Assembly: GCA_020717925.1 (NCBI GenBank) | Contig: DYDL01000001.1 | Coordinates: forward strand, 1-48,522 | Direction of reading: 5' to 3' | Length of the DNA: 48,522 nt | Origin: Desulfocapsa sp. | Lineage (GTDB): Bacteria; Desulfobacterota; Desulfobulbia; Desulfobulbales; CG2-30-60-27 | Part shown: piece by piece, positions 15,634-31,700 of the stretch | How the letters are laid out: every line of letters begins with the position of its first letter | Numbering within the stretch: the first letter of the stretch is position 1 | The notes under the pieces: model-generated | Told to the model about the DNA's origin: nothing | The model's input: only the letters and a program-made list of their open reading frames with translations | Database searches by the model: none | Made by a program: the position numbers and the translations under genes

Positions 15634-16161
15634 TTGAACAGGAGTGAGAAGGAATCGGTAGTCGCGGAACTGCAAGGCAAGTTTGCCACCGCGCAGATCG
15701 CCGTTGCCACCGACTATCGCGGCCTGACCGTGCAGGTGCTACAGGAACTCCGGCGGGATCTCAGGAAAACAGACGCCGAATTTCGGGTGGCCAAGAATAC
15801 ACTGCTGCGGCAGGCCGTGCAGGGCACCGCATGCGCACCCATGGCCGATTTTTTCAAGGGCACCACGGCGGTCGCGGTTTCGGACGAGGATCCGGTGGCA
15901 GCGGCCAAGGCGCTGGTCAACTTTGCCAAGACCAACCCCAAGCTGGAAATCCGGGGCGGGGTGTTGGCCGGGAAATTGATTAGCCTGGACGAGCTGACCG
16001 CTCTTTCCAAGATGCCACCCCGCGAGGTGTTGTTGGCGCAGTTGCTTGGTACCATGCAGGCGGTGCCCACAAGTTTCGTGCGGTTGCTTTCCGGTGTGCC
16101 GCGTAAGATGCTTTATCTGCTCCAGGCCGTCAAGGACCAGAAGGAACAGACAACAAACTAA
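15634..16161 (+). CDS. rplJ: 50S ribosomal protein L10
   Basis: (M)NRSEKESVVAELQGKFATAQIAVATDYRGLTV. TTG 15634 lies 9 nt after AAAGGAGG. The Cys-rich upstream extension in the track (from 15499) is leader sequence. Confidence 0.93.
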   Translation: MNRSEKESVVAELQGKFATAQIAVATDYRGLTVQVLQELRRDLRKTDAEFRVAKNTLLRQAVQGTACAPMADFFKGTTAVAVSDEDPVAAAKALVNFAKTNPKLEIRGGVLAGKLISLDELTALSKMPPREVLLAQLLGTMQAVPTSFVRLLSGVPRKMLYLLQAVKDQKEQTTN

Positions 16162-16210
16162 GAAATTTATCTGCTGGGCATGTTAGTGCCCCGCGTCAGG
16201 AGGAAAAGAG

Positions 16211-16594
16211 ATGGCTGTATCCAAACAAGATGTGATTGATTTTATTGCCAACATGAGCGTCCTCGAACTCTCCGAGCTTATCAAGGAGATGGAGGAGAAG
16301 TTTGGTGTTTCCGCTGCCGCCCCCGTTGGCGTGGCCATGGCCATGCCCGCTGGTGGCGAGGTGGCTGCCGCTGCCGAGGAGAAAACCGAGTTCGACGTCA
16401 TCCTGACCGGCGCTGGCGACAAGAAGATTCAGGTCATCAAGGAGGTGCGTGCCATCACCTCCCTCGGCCTCAAGGAGGCCAAGGATTTGGTCGAGGGCGC
16501 CCCCAGCCCCTTGAAGGAGGGCGTTTCCAAGGCGGAAGCCGAGGATATGAAGGCCAAGATCGAGGCTGCTGGCGGTACCGTCGAAATCAAGTAG
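16211..16594 (+). CDS. rplL: 50S ribosomal protein L7/L12
   Basis: 127 aa. [33 protein letters not shown], an Ala-rich hinge, and C-terminal [11 protein letters not shown]. Confidence 0.98.
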   Translation: MAVSKQDVIDFIANMSVLELSELIKEMEEKFGVSAAAPVGVAMAMPAGGEVAAAAEEKTEFDVILTGAGDKKIQVIKEVRAITSLGLKEAKDLVEGAPSPLKEGVSKAEAEDMKAKIEAAGGTVEIK

Positions 16595-16680
16595 CTATCA
16601 TACACGACAGGCAGGAAGTTATCCGTAACTTACTGATTGATTCCCGGCCCGCTTGGGCAGGAAACGTGAACAGGGCAGGG

Positions 16681-16725
16681 ACGCTACGGGGGAAAACCCT
16701 CCGTAGCGTTGCTGCGTTCTTGTTT
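16681..16725 (+). terminator. rplL-rpoB attenuator hairpin
   Basis: ACGCTACGGGGG (16681-16692) / CCCTCCGTAGCGT (16697-16709): 12 bp with one bulge and loop AAAA, then T-rich TGCTGCGTTCTTGTTTT. Same position as the partial terminator in the E. coli rplJL-rpoBC operon. Confidence 0.6.
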
Positions 16726-16903
16726 TAAAAACCGGCGGCAGACGTTTTGCGCCGTCATTGTGGCTCATGACGCCGGGTTTGTTTGTATGAAGCGTTCTTC
16801 CTTCATCCCGAAAACGGGCCGGTAATCTACCGCCAAATGAGCTGCCGGTTGCCGGCAGAGACCTTGTCGGGCCGCATGGCATAGAATCAAGGGGTATTGT
16901 CGC

Positions 16904-19900
16904 ATGAACACATTGAAAAGAATCCGCAAGAGTTTCGCCAAAACCCCGGAAATCATCGAGAAGCCACACCTCATCGACATGCAGCGTTTGTCGTTCGAGG
17001 GTTTCCTGCAGTTCGGGGTGGAACCGGACCAGCGGGCGGATGTGGGGCTGCAGCATATCTTTAACTCTGTTTTCCCCATCAATGACTTCAACGGCGTCTG
17101 TTCGCTGGAGTTTGTGCGCTATACTTTCGGTGATCCCAAGTATACCGTGGCGGAGTGCCTTGAACGCGGCATGACTTACGAGGTGCCGGTCAAGATTACC
17201 GTCCGTTTGGTCACCTTTGATATTGACCCGGAAACGCAGGCCAAGAACATCCGCGACATCAAGGAACAGGCGGTCTTTCTGGGCAGCATTCCGCTCATGA
17301 CCAGGACCGGCGTCTTCGTCATCAACGGCACCGAGCGGGTTATCGTCAGCCAGTTACAGCGTTCGCCCGGCCTGTTTTACAGCCATGACAACGGTAAGAC
17401 CCATTCCTCCGGCAAGTTGCTTTATTCAGCCCGGATTATACCGGTACGCGGTTCCTGGATCGACCTTGAATTCGACGCCAAGGATATTCTCTATGTGCGC
17501 ATCGATCGGCGACGCAAGTTTCCGGTCACAACCCTGCTAAAGGCCCTGGGCTATTCGGCCGAAGAGCTGCTGCGCTATTACTATCAGACGGAAAAAATCA
17601 GCATCAAGCGCAAGGGCTTTGTCAAGGAGTTCGACCCGGAATTGATGGTGGGCCAGCGGGCTCCCCATGACCTTGCCGACAAGGCCACCGGCGAGGTGCT
17701 GGCCAAAAAGGGTCGCAAGATCGGCAAGAACCTTGCCAAGAAACTCACCGAGGTCGGGATTACCAGCGTCATGGTGGAGTCGGTCGAGTTGGAAGGCAAA
17801 ATCGTGGCGCACGATATTGTCGACCCCAAGACCGGGGAACTCCTGCTGCCATGCAACGGCGAACTGAACGGTGCCATCCTTGAGACCATGCTGGGTGCCG
17901 GGGTTGTCGCCTTTGAGGTGCTGTTCATCGACGGCATCAAGGTGACCGATTCCTTCCGTAAGACCCTGGTGCTGGACAAGGCAGCCACCAGCGACGAGGC
18001 CCTGATTGAAATCTACCGGCGTCTGCGGCCAAGCAGCCCGCCGACCCCCGAGGTGGCCACCGCCTTTTTCAACAACCTGTTCTTCAGCAGCGACACCTAT
18101 GACCTCTCCGAGGTGGGTCGGTTCAAGATCAATGCCAAGCTGGGCATTGAGGTGGACATCAGTCAGCGGACCCTGACCAAGGAAGACATCATGATGTCGG
18201 TCCATTACCTGGCGCGGCTTAAGGACACCCAGGGACCTATTGACGACATCGATCATCTGGGCAACCGTCGGGTGCGGACGGTGGGCGAACTTATAGAAAA
18301 CCAGTACCGGATGGGACTGGTGCGCATGGAGCGGGCCATCCGCGAACGGATGAGCCTGCAGGAAGTTGAGACCCTCATGCCCCATGATCTCATCAATCCC
18401 AAGCCGATATCCGCTGCTATCAAGGAATTTTTCGGCACGAGTCAGCTTTCCCAGTTCATGGATCAGACCAATCCGCTTTCCGAGGTCACCCATAAGCGCC
18501 GTCTGTCGGCTCTGGGACCCGGCGGTTTGTCTCGGGAGCGGGCCGGTTTTGAGGTGCGCGACGTGCACCCTACCCATTACGGCCGCATTTGCCCGGTTGA
18601 GACGCCGGAAGGCCCGAACATCGGCCTTATCGTCTCCCTGGCGACCTTTGCCCGCGTCAACAAGTACGGCTTCATTGAAACGCCGTACCGCAAGGTTGAG
18701 AGTCGCCAGGTGACGAAGGATGTCTTTTACATGACCGCCCTGGATGAAAAGGATCACGTCATCGCCCCGGGCAAAACGCCGGTTGACAAGAAGAACAAGC
18801 TGGCCAACGACACCCTGGTCGCACGCAAGGAAGGCGAGGTAATGATCGCCAATGCCGCCGATGTCACCTATATGGATGTCTCTCCTAATCAACTGGTGAG
18901 TGTGGCGGCCTCGCTGATTCCCTTCCTGGAAAACGACGACGCCAACCGGGCGCTCATGGGTTCCAACATGCAGAGGCAGGGGGTGCCGCTCATCCGTTCG
19001 GCCGCGCCTCTGGTTGGCACTGGCCTGGAAAAGGCCGTGGCCATGGATTCCGGGGTCTGCATGCTGGCCAGCGGCGCCGGCGTGGTGGAAGAGGTGGATG
19101 CCCGCCGCATCGTCGTGCGCTATGACGAACCGGGCACCGACGGTTTTAACACTGGCGTCGGTATCTATCGGCTGGAGAAGTATAAGAAGTCCAACCAGAA
19201 CACCTGCTTCAACCAGCGGCCCCTCGTGCTGCCCGGGCAGCGGGTGGTCAAGGGTGATGTGCTGGCCGACGGCCCGGCGAGCGACAACGGCGAACTGGCC
19301 TTGGGCAAGAACGTTACCATGGCTTTTATGCCCTGGCGCGGATACAACTTCGAGGATTCCATCCTGATCAGCGAGCGCCTGCTGGAGGAAGACACCTTCA
19401 CCTCGCTGCATATCGAGGTGTTCGAGACCGTGTCGCGTGACACCAAGCTCGGCAAGGAGGAGATTACCCGCGACATCCCCAATGTCAGCGAGGAGGCCAT
19501 GCGCAACCTCGACGATTCCGGCGTGGTAAAGGTGGGCGCCGAGATCAAGGCCGGCGACATCATGGTAGGCAAGGTGACACCCAAGGGCGAGACCCAGTTG
19601 TCGCCCGAGGAGAAGCTGCTGCGGGCGATCTTCGGTGAAAAGGCCGGCGACATTAAAGATACCTCCCTGCGGGTGCCGCCCGGCGTGGAAGGCGTGGTTA
19701 TCGACGCCCGGGTCTTTTCCCGCAAAGGCGTCGAGAAGGATGAGCGTTCCCAGGCCATCGATCAGGCCGAGTCCGCCAGGTTCGAGCGCGATATGGAGGA
19801 TGAGGTCCGCAGTTTGCAGAGGGCAGTCCGTCATGGACTGGTCGATCTGCTGGCCGACAAGATCGTCAAGACCGCGGTCAAGGATAAGTCCGGCAAGGTG

Positions 19901-20989
19901 GTGCTCGCCAAGGGCAAGAAGATCACTCGGGAGAGTCTGGTCGGTATTGACCTGGAGATCCTGCGCGACCTCGATTTTTCAGACCGCCGGGCGCTGGAGG
20001 GCGAGCTGCGCCTGCTTTTTGAGCGTTACGAGAAGCAGGCCAAGGTGGTCAAGGATAACTATGAGGCGCGTCTTGATCGCATGGTGAAGGGCGACGATCT
20101 GCCGCCAGGCGTAATCAAGATGGTCAAGGTGTATGTCGCCACCAAGCGAAAGCTGTCGGTGGGCGATAAGATGGCTGGCCGGCACGGCAACAAGGGTGTG
20201 GTCTCGCGTATCCTGCCCAAGGAGGATATGCCGTATTTCGCCGACGGCGCCAGCGTCGACGTGGTGCTGAACCCCCTGGGCGTTCCCTCCCGTATGAATG
20301 TTGGTCAGCTCCTGGAGACCCATCTGGGCTGGGCGGCCAAGAAGCTCGGTGAGCAAGTTCAGGCCTTTGCCGAGCGGCATGAGGTGGCGGCAATCAAGAA
20401 GCATTTGCAGGCCATTTACAGCAAGGCGGAATATGCGGCGCTGCTTGCGGACAAGAGCGACGACGAGGTGCGCGACATGGCCCTCAAGATGGGTAATGGC
20501 CTGCACATGGCCACGCCCGTTTTCGACGGGGCCCGCGAGGAAGAGATCCGCGAACTCCTGGTAAAGGCTGGCGTCGATGAGGTCGGCCAGTCCACCCTCT
20601 ACGACGGGTTGACCGGCGAACCGTTCGACAACAAGGTCACGGTCGGCGTCATGTACGTCATGAAGCTGCATCACCTGGTGGACAACAAGATTCATGCCCG
20701 CTCCACTGGTCCCTACTCCCTGGTAACCCAACAGCCGCTAGGCGGCAAGGCCCAGTTCGGTGGGCAACGACTGGGCGAGATGGAGGTCTGGGCCATGGAG
20801 GCCTATGGCGCCGCCTATACGCTGCAGGAGTTTCTCACTGTCAAGTCGGATGACGTCTCCGGCCGCACCAAGATGTACGAGAAGATCGTCAAGGGTAACA
20901 ATTTCCTGGAGGCAGGCCTGCCGGAGTCGTTCCATGTGCTGGTCAAGGAACTCCAGGGGCTGTGCCTTGATATGGAACTGATCGAATAG
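16904..20989 (+). CDS. rpoB: DNA-directed RNA polymerase subunit beta
   Basis: 1361 aa. [13 protein letters not shown]...; conserved [19 protein letters not shown] and [14 protein letters not shown] blocks. Confidence 0.99.
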   Translation: MNTLKRIRKSFAKTPEIIEKPHLIDMQRLSFEGFLQFGVEPDQRADVGLQHIFNSVFPINDFNGVCSLEFVRYTFGDPKYTVAECLERGMTYEVPVKITVRLVTFDIDPETQAKNIRDIKEQAVFLGSIPLMTRTGVFVINGTERVIVSQLQRSPGLFYSHDNGKTHSSGKLLYSARIIPVRGSWIDLEFDAKDILYVRIDRRRKFPVTTLLKALGYSAEELLRYYYQTEKISIKRKGFVKEFDPELMVGQRAPHDLADKATGEVLAKKGRKIGKNLAKKLTEVGITSVMVESVELEGKIVAHDIVDPKTGELLLPCNGELNGAILETMLGAGVVAFEVLFIDGIKVTDSFRKTLVLDKAATSDEALIEIYRRLRPSSPPTPEVATAFFNNLFFSSDTYDLSEVGRFKINAKLGIEVDISQRTLTKEDIMMSVHYLARLKDTQGPIDDIDHLGNRRVRTVGELIENQYRMGLVRMERAIRERMSLQEVETLMPHDLINPKPISAAIKEFFGTSQLSQFMDQTNPLSEVTHKRRLSALGPGGLSRERAGFEVRDVHPTHYGRICPVETPEGPNIGLIVSLATFARVNKYGFIETPYRKVESRQVTKDVFYMTALDEKDHVIAPGKTPVDKKNKLANDTLVARKEGEVMIANAADVTYMDVSPNQLVSVAASLIPFLENDDANRALMGSNMQRQGVPLIRSAAPLVGTGLEKAVAMDSGVCMLASGAGVVEEVDARRIVVRYDEPGTDGFNTGVGIYRLEKYKKSNQNTCFNQRPLVLPGQRVVKGDVLADGPASDNGELALGKNVTMAFMPWRGYNFEDSILISERLLEEDTFTSLHIEVFETVSRDTKLGKEEITRDIPNVSEEAMRNLDDSGVVKVGAEIKAGDIMVGKVTPKGETQLSPEEKLLRAIFGEKAGDIKDTSLRVPPGVEGVVIDARVFSRKGVEKDERSQAIDQAESARFERDMEDEVRSLQRAVRHGLVDLLADKIVKTAVKDKSGKVVLAKGKKITRESLVGIDLEILRDLDFSDRRALEGELRLLFERYEKQAKVVKDNYEARLDRMVKGDDLPPGVIKMVKVYVATKRKLSVGDKMAGRHGNKGVVSRILPKEDMPYFADGASVDVVLNPLGVPSRMNVGQLLETHLGWAAKKLGEQVQAFAERHEVAAIKKHLQAIYSKAEYAALLADKSDDEVRDMALKMGNGLHMATPVFDGAREEEIRELLVKAGVDEVGQSTLYDGLTGEPFDNKVTVGVMYVMKLHHLVDNKIHARSTGPYSLVTQQPLGGKAQFGGQRLGEMEVWAMEAYGAAYTLQEFLTVKSDDVSGRTKMYEKIVKGNNFLEAGLPESFHVLVKELQGLCLDMELIE

Positions 20990-21060
20990 CGGCCCCTGCG
21001 GGGATTGTCCAGCCGGTCTCATGATGTTGATCGCATACTGAATAGGAAGAGGGTGTTGCC

Positions 21061-25119
<4,059 letters not shown>

Positions 25120-25129
25120 GCAATGTTTG

Positions 25130-25172
25130 CCGGCGTTGGCCAGGGACACGGTTGGCGTCAAGGCCGGTTTTT
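25130..25172 (+). terminator. Candidate terminator after rpoC
   Basis: CCGGC (25130-25134) / GCCGG (25163-25167) plus about 5 further imperfect pairs, followed by TTTTT (25168-25172). Confidence 0.4.
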
Positions 25173-25192
25173 GGCTGGCGGCAATATAGGCC

Positions 25193-25221
25193 TTGACAAG
25201 CGGGAACCCTTCGGTTAAATA
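25193..25221 (+). promoter_or_regulatory. Candidate str-operon promoter
   Basis: TTGACA (25193-25198), a 17-nt spacer, TAAATA (25216-25221). The hexamers and spacing are identical to the putative apr promoter. Confidence 0.5.
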
Positions 25222-25313
25222 TTCCGACTTCCCGCGCCTCGGAAAGGCTGTAGTTTCCGTGTTTGGCAGGGTAGGAAATAATTTTTTCGTATACCATTAG
25301 GAGTTTGAATCAA

Positions 25314-25685
25314 ATGCCCACCATCAACCAACTGGTACGGCAGGGCCGCAAGAAGGTTGCCAAGCGGACCAACACCCCGGCCCTGAAGGGCTCGCCGCAG
25401 AAGCGGGGGGTCTGTGTCCGGGTGTATACGACCACCCCGAAGAAACCGAACTCCGCCTTGCGTAAGGTTGCCAGGGTGCGGTTGACCAACGGCATGGAAG
25501 TCACCTCATATATCCCCGGCGTTGGTCATAACCTGCAGGAACACTCCGTGGTGCTGATCAGGGGCGGCAGGGTCAAGGATCTCCCCGGTGTTCGTTACCA
25601 TGTTATCCGTGGCACCCTGGATACGCTCGGCGTTTCCGATCGGCGCCAGGGCCGTTCGAAATACGGAGCCAAGCGGCCGAAGTAA
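25314..25685 (+). CDS. rpsL: 30S ribosomal protein S12
   Basis: [37 protein letters not shown] 25314 follows TAGGAG. The track start at 25305 is a TTG. Confidence 0.98.
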   Translation: MPTINQLVRQGRKKVAKRTNTPALKGSPQKRGVCVRVYTTTPKKPNSALRKVARVRLTNGMEVTSYIPGVGHNLQEHSVVLIRGGRVKDLPGVRYHVIRGTLDTLGVSDRRQGRSKYGAKRPK

Positions 25686-25714
25686 GCGCGCACGGTTTTC
25701 CAAGGAGAGGAAAG

Positions 25715-26188
25715 ATGCCTCGTAAGAAGTTGATTAGCAAAAAACGGTCCGCGCCTGATCCCCGTTTCAATAGCATGCTCGCCTCCAAGTTCATCAACCG
25801 TTTGATGAATGACGGTAAAAAGAGCGTGGCCCGCGGGATTTTCTACGGCGCCATGGATCTCGTCCAGAAACGGGCCAATGGCGAGGATGCTTTTGCAGTG
25901 TTTGAAAAGGCCATGGACAAGGTCCGCCCCCGGGTTGAGGTCAAGGCCCGGCGTGTGGGTGGCGCCACCTATCAGGTGCCGGTCGAGGTGCGCGCCGAGC
26001 GCCGCAACGCCCTTGCGATTCGCTGGTTGGTCGAGTTTGCCAAGAAACGTTCTGGCAAGACCATGGCCGACAAGCTGGCCGGCGAGTTGATGGACGCCTT
26101 TGAAAATCGTGGTGCTTCGGTGAAAAAGCGGGAAGACACCCACCGCATGGCCGAGGCCAACAAGGCTTTTGCCCATTATCGCTGGTAG
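25715..26188 (+). CDS. rpsG: 30S ribosomal protein S7
   Basis: 157 aa. [20 protein letters not shown]...[10 protein letters not shown]...AHYRW. Confidence 0.98.
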   Translation: MPRKKLISKKRSAPDPRFNSMLASKFINRLMNDGKKSVARGIFYGAMDLVQKRANGEDAFAVFEKAMDKVRPRVEVKARRVGGATYQVPVEVRAERRNALAIRWLVEFAKKRSGKTMADKLAGELMDAFENRGASVKKREDTHRMAEANKAFAHYRW

Positions 26189-26318
26189 AGGGGCTGGCCT
26201 TGCCCCTGTTGCAGGGTGGGCCGCCATGAGTTGAGCAGAAGACGTCCGGATAGCATGCAGGTCGTCACTCGCGGTTGGTAGGTTAACGCAGCCATGACAT
26301 TGAGAAAAGAGAATCGCC

Positions 26319-28403
26319 GTGGCAACCAGCATACCGCTCGCACGAGTTCGCAATATCGGCATCATGGCCCACATCGATGCCGGCAAGACGACGACAACTG
26401 AGCGCATTCTTTATTATACCGGGCGTTCACATAAGCTGGGCGAGGTCCATGACGGCGATGCGGTCATGGACTGGATGGAACAGGAACAGGAACGTGGTAT
26501 CACCATCAGTTCGGCGGCCACGACCTGCACCTGGAAAGAGCATAAGATTAATATAATTGACACCCCCGGGCATGTGGATTTCACCATAGAGGTGGAACGT
26601 TGCCTGCGGGTTTTGGATGGCGCCGTTGCTGTCTTCTGCGCGGTCGGGGGGGTTGAGCCCCAGTCGGAAACGGTCTGGCGGCAAGCCGACCATTACGGCA
26701 TACCCCGGATAGCCTTTGTCAACAAGATGGACCGGGTGGGCGCTGACTTTCAGCGCTGCCTGGAGATGATGACCGATCGACTGGGGGCCAATCCCCTGGC
26801 AATGCAGTTGCCGGTCGGAGTTGAAGATTTGTTCCGGGGCGTTATCGACCTCATCGATGAAAAGATGATGGTCTTTGATGAGGAGTCCCGGGGGATGGTT
26901 GTGCTCGAAGAGCAGATCCCCGAAGCCTATAGAGAAGCATCCGCGGCCGCACGAATGACCCTTGTCGAGAAGTTGGCCGACTTCGATGAAGGGGTCATGG
27001 AAAAATACCTGGACGAAGTACCACTCACCGCCGAGGAGCTACGGCAGGCGGTGCGGAGGGCGACGCTGCATCTGGATCTCGTTCCAGTTTTCTGCGGCAG
27101 CGCCTTTAAAAACAAGGGTGTGCAGCCGCTTTTGGACGCGGTTGTCGACTTCCTGCCTTCGCCACTGGATGTACCGCCTGTGGTGGGGGTGAATAGCGAG
27201 GGCGAGAGCGAAAGTCGCAAGACCAGCGAGCAGGAAAAATTCTGCGCCCTGGCCTTTAAAATCGCCGCTGACCCTTTTGTCGGCAACCTCGCTTATGTGC
27301 GGGTTTACTCCGGGGTGTTGAAAGCCGGGGCCAAAATATACAATCCTGGCAAGCGCAAGACCGAGAAGATCGGCCGTATTGTCCGGATGCACGCTAACAA
27401 GCGTGAGGAGATTCAGGAGGTCACCGCCGGCGATATCGCCGCCGTGGTTGGTCTCAGGTTTTCCACCACCGGCGACACCTTGTGCGCCACCGGGGATTCA
27501 ATCCGGTTGGAAACCATGGAATTTCCAGAGCCGGTGATCAGCATAGCCATTGAGCCCAAGGGCAAGGCTGACGAAGAAAAGCTCTTTGATAGTTTGGATA
27601 AGATCGCCCTGGAGGATCCCTCCTTCCATGTTACCACGGATGGGGAAACCGGCCAGACGATCATATCGGGGATGGGTGAGTTGCACCTGGAGATCATTGT
27701 CGATCGATTACTCCGTGAGTTCAAGGTGGGGGCCAACGTTGGCAACCCGCAGGTGGCTTACAAGGAGGCAATCGAGAAGCAGGTCCGGGTCGAAGGTGTT
27801 TTCGAGCATCCGGTCGTTGGCAAGGCGCAGTACGGTCATGTCTGGCTGGAGATTACGCCGCTCAAGCGTGGCGATGGCATTGTGTTTGAGAATTGCATTG
27901 CCGCAGGTGCCATCCCCAAGGAATATTTGCCGGCCATTGAAAAGGCGGCGCGGGACAGTCTCGATGGTGGGGCCTTGATCGGCTTTCCGGTGATGGACGT
28001 CCGGGTCAGCCTGGTGGACGGTTCCTACCACGAGGAAGAGTCCAGCGAACAGGCCTTCGGAGTGGCGACCGCCATGGCCATGCGTAAAGGGTTGGCCGAG
28101 GCCGATCCTGTCCTGCTCGAACCAATCATGGAGCTGGAAGTGGTCTTGCCCGAGCAGTTCATGGGTGAGGTGGTCGGCGATTTGAACGGTAAGCGAGCCA
28201 GGATACTGGGGATGGAGAGCCGGGAACGGGCCATGCAGGTCATTAAGGCGCATGTGCCTCTGGCCGAGATGTTTGGCTATTCCACGGATCTGCGTTCCGT
28301 CACCCAGGGGCGGGCCAATTATACCATGCGTTTCGTCTCCTACGACCGGGTGCCGGACCGCAAAGCGAAACAGATTGTCCAGAAAGTTAAGGGTTTGATT
28401 TAA
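26319..28403 (+). CDS. fusA: Elongation factor G
   Basis: 694 aa, GTG start. [39 protein letters not shown]. Confidence 0.98.
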   Translation: MATSIPLARVRNIGIMAHIDAGKTTTTERILYYTGRSHKLGEVHDGDAVMDWMEQEQERGITISSAATTCTWKEHKINIIDTPGHVDFTIEVERCLRVLDGAVAVFCAVGGVEPQSETVWRQADHYGIPRIAFVNKMDRVGADFQRCLEMMTDRLGANPLAMQLPVGVEDLFRGVIDLIDEKMMVFDEESRGMVVLEEQIPEAYREASAAARMTLVEKLADFDEGVMEKYLDEVPLTAEELRQAVRRATLHLDLVPVFCGSAFKNKGVQPLLDAVVDFLPSPLDVPPVVGVNSEGESESRKTSEQEKFCALAFKIAADPFVGNLAYVRVYSGVLKAGAKIYNPGKRKTEKIGRIVRMHANKREEIQEVTAGDIAAVVGLRFSTTGDTLCATGDSIRLETMEFPEPVISIAIEPKGKADEEKLFDSLDKIALEDPSFHVTTDGETGQTIISGMGELHLEIIVDRLLREFKVGANVGNPQVAYKEAIEKQVRVEGVFEHPVVGKAQYGHVWLEITPLKRGDGIVFENCIAAGAIPKEYLPAIEKAARDSLDGGALIGFPVMDVRVSLVDGSYHEEESSEQAFGVATAMAMRKGLAEADPVLLEPIMELEVVLPEQFMGEVVGDLNGKRARILGMESRERAMQVIKAHVPLAEMFGYSTDLRSVTQGRANYTMRFVSYDRVPDRKAKQIVQKVKGLI

Positions 28404-28437
28404 GAGAGTCAGACAAGCAAAAAACAGTGAGGGAACG

Positions 28438-29631
28438 ATCATGGCAAAGGTGAAATTTGAGCGCACGAAACCCCACGTCAATATAGGTACGATCGGTCAC
28501 ATCGATCACGGTAAGACGACGTTGACCGCGGCGATAACGCGGGTTTTGTCCACCAAGGGGTGGGCGAAATTCACGGCCTTTGATGAGATTGACAAGGCGC
28601 CGGAGGAGAAGGAGCGCGGCATCACCATTGCCACGGCGCACGTGGAATATGAGACCGCGAAGCGGCACTATGCGCACGTGGATTGCCCGGGCCATGCCGA
28701 TTATATCAAGAATATGATCACCGGCGCGGCGCAGATGGACGGCGCCATTCTGGTGGTGGGAGCTGACGACGGCCCGATGCCGCAGACGCGTGAGCACATT
28801 CTGCTGGCGCGGCAGGTAGGCGTGCCGGCGATGGTGGTGTTTCTGAACAAGTGCGACATGGTCGATGACCCGGAGTTGATCGAGCTGGTGGACATGGAGC
28901 TGCGTGAGCTGCTGTCGAAGTATGACTATCCTGGCGACGACACGCCGATCATCCAGGGGAGCGCCTTGAAGGCGTTGGAGAACCCGGAAGACGAGGCGGC
29001 GGCCAAGTGTATTTACGACCTGATGGACGCGGTTGACTCCTTTGTGCCGGAGCCGCAGCGCGACATTGACAAGCCGTTTCTGATGCCGGTGGAGGACGTA
29101 TTTTCCATCTCTGGCCGCGGCACGGTGGCGACGGGCCGGATTGAGCGCGGGGTGATCAAGGTAGGCGAGGAGGTCGAGATCGTCGGCATCCGCGATACGG
29201 TGAAGACCACGGTTACCGGGGTTGAGATGTTCCGGAAGCTTTTGGATCAGGGCCAGGCGGGCGACAACGTTGGCGTGCTGCTGCGGGGCACGAAGCGTGA
29301 GGATATCGAGCGCGGCCAGGTGTTGGCAAAGCCGGGCAGCATCACGCCGCACACGAAGTTCAAGGCGGAGTGCTATATCTTGAACAAGGAGGAGGGCGGC
29401 CGACATACGCCGTTCTTCAATGGGTACCGGCCGCAGTTTTACTTCCGGACCACGGACGTGACCGGAGTGGTGACGCTGCCCGAAGGGGTGGAGATGGTGA
29501 TGCCAGGAGACAACGTGTCGATCGTTGGGACGCTGATCACCCCGATCGCCATGGAGAAGGAACTGCGTTTCGCGATCCGCGAGGGTGGCCGGACGGTTGG
29601 CGCTGGCGTTATTAACGAAATTATCGAGTAA
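28438..29631 (+). repeat. 1.19-kb direct repeat (tuf copy 2), partner at 11599-12792
   Basis: See copy 1. Offset is 16839 bp. The flanks diverge from -4 upstream and directly after the stop codon. Confidence 0.9.
28441..29631 (+). CDS. tuf: Elongation factor Tu, copy 2
   Basis: 396 aa, protein identical to copy 1. Canonical rpsL-rpsG-fusA-tuf position. Confidence 0.98.
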   Translation: MAKVKFERTKPHVNIGTIGHIDHGKTTLTAAITRVLSTKGWAKFTAFDEIDKAPEEKERGITIATAHVEYETAKRHYAHVDCPGHADYIKNMITGAAQMDGAILVVGADDGPMPQTREHILLARQVGVPAMVVFLNKCDMVDDPELIELVDMELRELLSKYDYPGDDTPIIQGSALKALENPEDEAAAKCIYDLMDAVDSFVPEPQRDIDKPFLMPVEDVFSISGRGTVATGRIERGVIKVGEEVEIVGIRDTVKTTVTGVEMFRKLLDQGQAGDNVGVLLRGTKREDIERGQVLAKPGSITPHTKFKAECYILNKEEGGRHTPFFNGYRPQFYFRTTDVTGVVTLPEGVEMVMPGDNVSIVGTLITPIAMEKELRFAIREGGRTVGAGVINEIIE

Positions 29632-29651
29632 TCGAGAAGGGTGACTAGGCC

Positions 29652-29963
29652 ATGATGCCGACACAGAAAATACGAATCAGGCTGAAAGGCTACGACCATA
29701 AGCTGCTCGATCAGTCTACCATGGAGATTGTCGAGACCGCCAAGGGTACTGGCGCCAGTGTCGCGGGACCTATTCCGCTGCCGACCAGTATCAACAAGTG
29801 GTGTGTGCTGCGGTCGCCGCATGTGGACAAGAAATCTCGTGAGCATTTCGAGATGCGCACCCATAAGCGTCTGCTCGATATCCTTGAGCCCACGCAGCAG
29901 ACTATCGACGCCTTGATGAAGCTGGAACTTTCGGCCGGCGTTGACGTTGAAATCAAACTCTAA
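29652..29963 (+). CDS. rpsJ: 30S ribosomal protein S10
   Basis: [22 protein letters not shown]. Only 20 nt after the tuf stop. An alternative ATG at 29655 is possible. Confidence 0.97.
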   Translation: MMPTQKIRIRLKGYDHKLLDQSTMEIVETAKGTGASVAGPIPLPTSINKWCVLRSPHVDKKSREHFEMRTHKRLLDILEPTQQTIDALMKLELSAGVDVEIKL

Positions 29964-30047
29964 CCGTCCTAGAACGGTTGGATGGTTCCGTCGGATGCAG
30001 CCATTTGGGATGCTGCCGGCATGAACGACTGAGAATGGATAGAAAGC

Positions 30048-30677
30048 ATGCCTAAGACAATGGGTTTACTTGGCAAGAAGTTGGGGATGACCCGCATCTA
30101 CTCGCAGGAGGGTGCGGTTACGCCGGTGACCGTTATCACCACTGGTCCCTGTGTTGTCCTGCAGAAGAAGACGGTGGCCAAGGAAGGTTACAGCGCCATC
30201 CAGGTAGGTTTTCGGGGCAAGAAGGATTCCCGGGCCAGCAAGCCTTTAGCAGGGCATTGCAAGGCAGCCGCCAAGGGAACCTTCTATCACCTTAAAGAGT
30301 TCCGGGTTGCCAACCCCGATCAGTACGAGGTGGGGCAGGAGATCAACGTGGCCGACGTCTTTAATGTCGGCGATCTGGTTGACATCACCGGGCTTAGCAA
30401 GGGACGGGGCTACCAGGGAGTCATGAAACGTCATGGTTTCTCCGGTGGACCGTCTGGACACGGCTCCAACCACCATCGGGCTCCTGGTTCGATCGGCGCC
30501 AGCGCCTGGCCCAGCCGGGTGGTCAAGGGCCGCCGCATGCCTGGCCAGATGGGGAACGTCCAGGTGACCAAGAAGAATGTTCGGGTGATTGATATCATGC
30601 CGGAGGACAACGCCTTGGTAGTCAAGGGCTCTGTTCCCGGATCCGAGGACGGAGTGCTGCATATTCACATCAAGTAA
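30048..30677 (+). CDS. rplC: 50S ribosomal protein L3
   Basis: MPKTMGLLGKKLGMTRIYSQEGAVTPVTVI, 209 aa. Confidence 0.98.
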   Translation: MPKTMGLLGKKLGMTRIYSQEGAVTPVTVITTGPCVVLQKKTVAKEGYSAIQVGFRGKKDSRASKPLAGHCKAAAKGTFYHLKEFRVANPDQYEVGQEINVADVFNVGDLVDITGLSKGRGYQGVMKRHGFSGGPSGHGSNHHRAPGSIGASAWPSRVVKGRRMPGQMGNVQVTKKNVRVIDIMPEDNALVVKGSVPGSEDGVLHIHIK

Positions 30678-30723
30678 GTGCTTCGCTTCATAGTTGTAAT
30701 GTGACTCTTGGGAGAGCCAGCAT

Positions 30724-31347
30724 ATGGCAATGACACAGGTTGTCAATACGAAGAATGAAAAGGTGGGGGAGGTCGAGTTGAACGACGCCCTCTTCGGGCT
30801 GGAAGTCAATCCGCATCTTTTGCATGATATTGTAAGGATGCAGTTGGCCGGCCGTCGCCAGGGTACTGCGTGCACCAAGACCAGGTCCGAGGTGCAGGGC
30901 AGCACGGCCAAGCCTTACAAGCAGAAGGGCACCGGCCGGGCGCGCGCCGGTAGCAAGCGTTCCCCACTTTGGCGCGGTGGTGGCACGTTGTTCGGTCCCC
31001 GTCCGCGCGACTATAGTTTTACCATGCCCAAAAAGGTGCGCAGGCTTGGCCTGAAGATGGCGCTTTCCACCCGTTTTTCCGAGGCGCAACTCGTCGTGCT
31101 CGATGGTTTCCAGATGGACGCCATCAAGACCAAGGCCTTCCAGGCTGTGATGATGGAACTGGGGATTGAAAATGCTCTGATCATCATCCCGGAGCGCAAT
31201 GAAAGGCTGGAAAAATCCTCTCGGAATGTTCCAGGCTATAAGGTTCTTCCCACCGCAGGGCTGAATGTTTACGACATCCTGCTGCACAAGCATGTGGTGC
31301 TGCTCAAGCCCTGTATTGGCCAGCTTGAAGAGAGGTTGTTGTCATGA
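30724..31347 (+). CDS. rplD: 50S ribosomal protein L4
   Basis: 207 aa. ...TKTRSEVQGSTAKPYKQKGTGRARAGSKRSPLWRGGG. Confidence 0.97.
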   Translation: MAMTQVVNTKNEKVGEVELNDALFGLEVNPHLLHDIVRMQLAGRRQGTACTKTRSEVQGSTAKPYKQKGTGRARAGSKRSPLWRGGGTLFGPRPRDYSFTMPKKVRRLGLKMALSTRFSEAQLVVLDGFQMDAIKTKAFQAVMMELGIENALIIIPERNERLEKSSRNVPGYKVLPTAGLNVYDILLHKHVVLLKPCIGQLEERLLS

Positions 31348-31634
31348 ATTCCATTTATGAAGTGATCAAGAAGCCCTGCCTCACTGAAAAGGGCATGGGG
31401 CTGCAGGAGTCCTTCAACCAGGTCGTGGTTGAGGTGGACCGCCGGGCCAACAAGGTTGAGATCAAGGCGGCCGTGGAAAAGCTTTTCAAGGTCAAGGTCG
31501 ACAAGGTGCGAACTGCCGCCATTCACGGTAAGCAGAAGCGCGTTGGACGCCACACCGGGCAGACTTCCAACTGGAAAAAGGCGATTGTTTCCCTCACCGA
31601 GGGACACAAGATTGACTTTGTTGAAGGGATTTAG
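31344..31634 (+). CDS. rplW: 50S ribosomal protein L23
   Basis: 96 aa. MNSIYEVIKKPCLTEKG...VVEVDRRANKVEIKAAVEKLFKVKV. Overlaps the rplD stop by 4 nt. Confidence 0.97.
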   Translation: MNSIYEVIKKPCLTEKGMGLQESFNQVVVEVDRRANKVEIKAAVEKLFKVKVDKVRTAAIHGKQKRVGRHTGQTSNWKKAIVSLTEGHKIDFVEGI

Positions 31635-31700
31635 CCTTTCTGGGCGTGGCTGTAGTCGTTCCTAGGGTTAACGCAGGCAACATAGCTATCGGGGTTTCAC

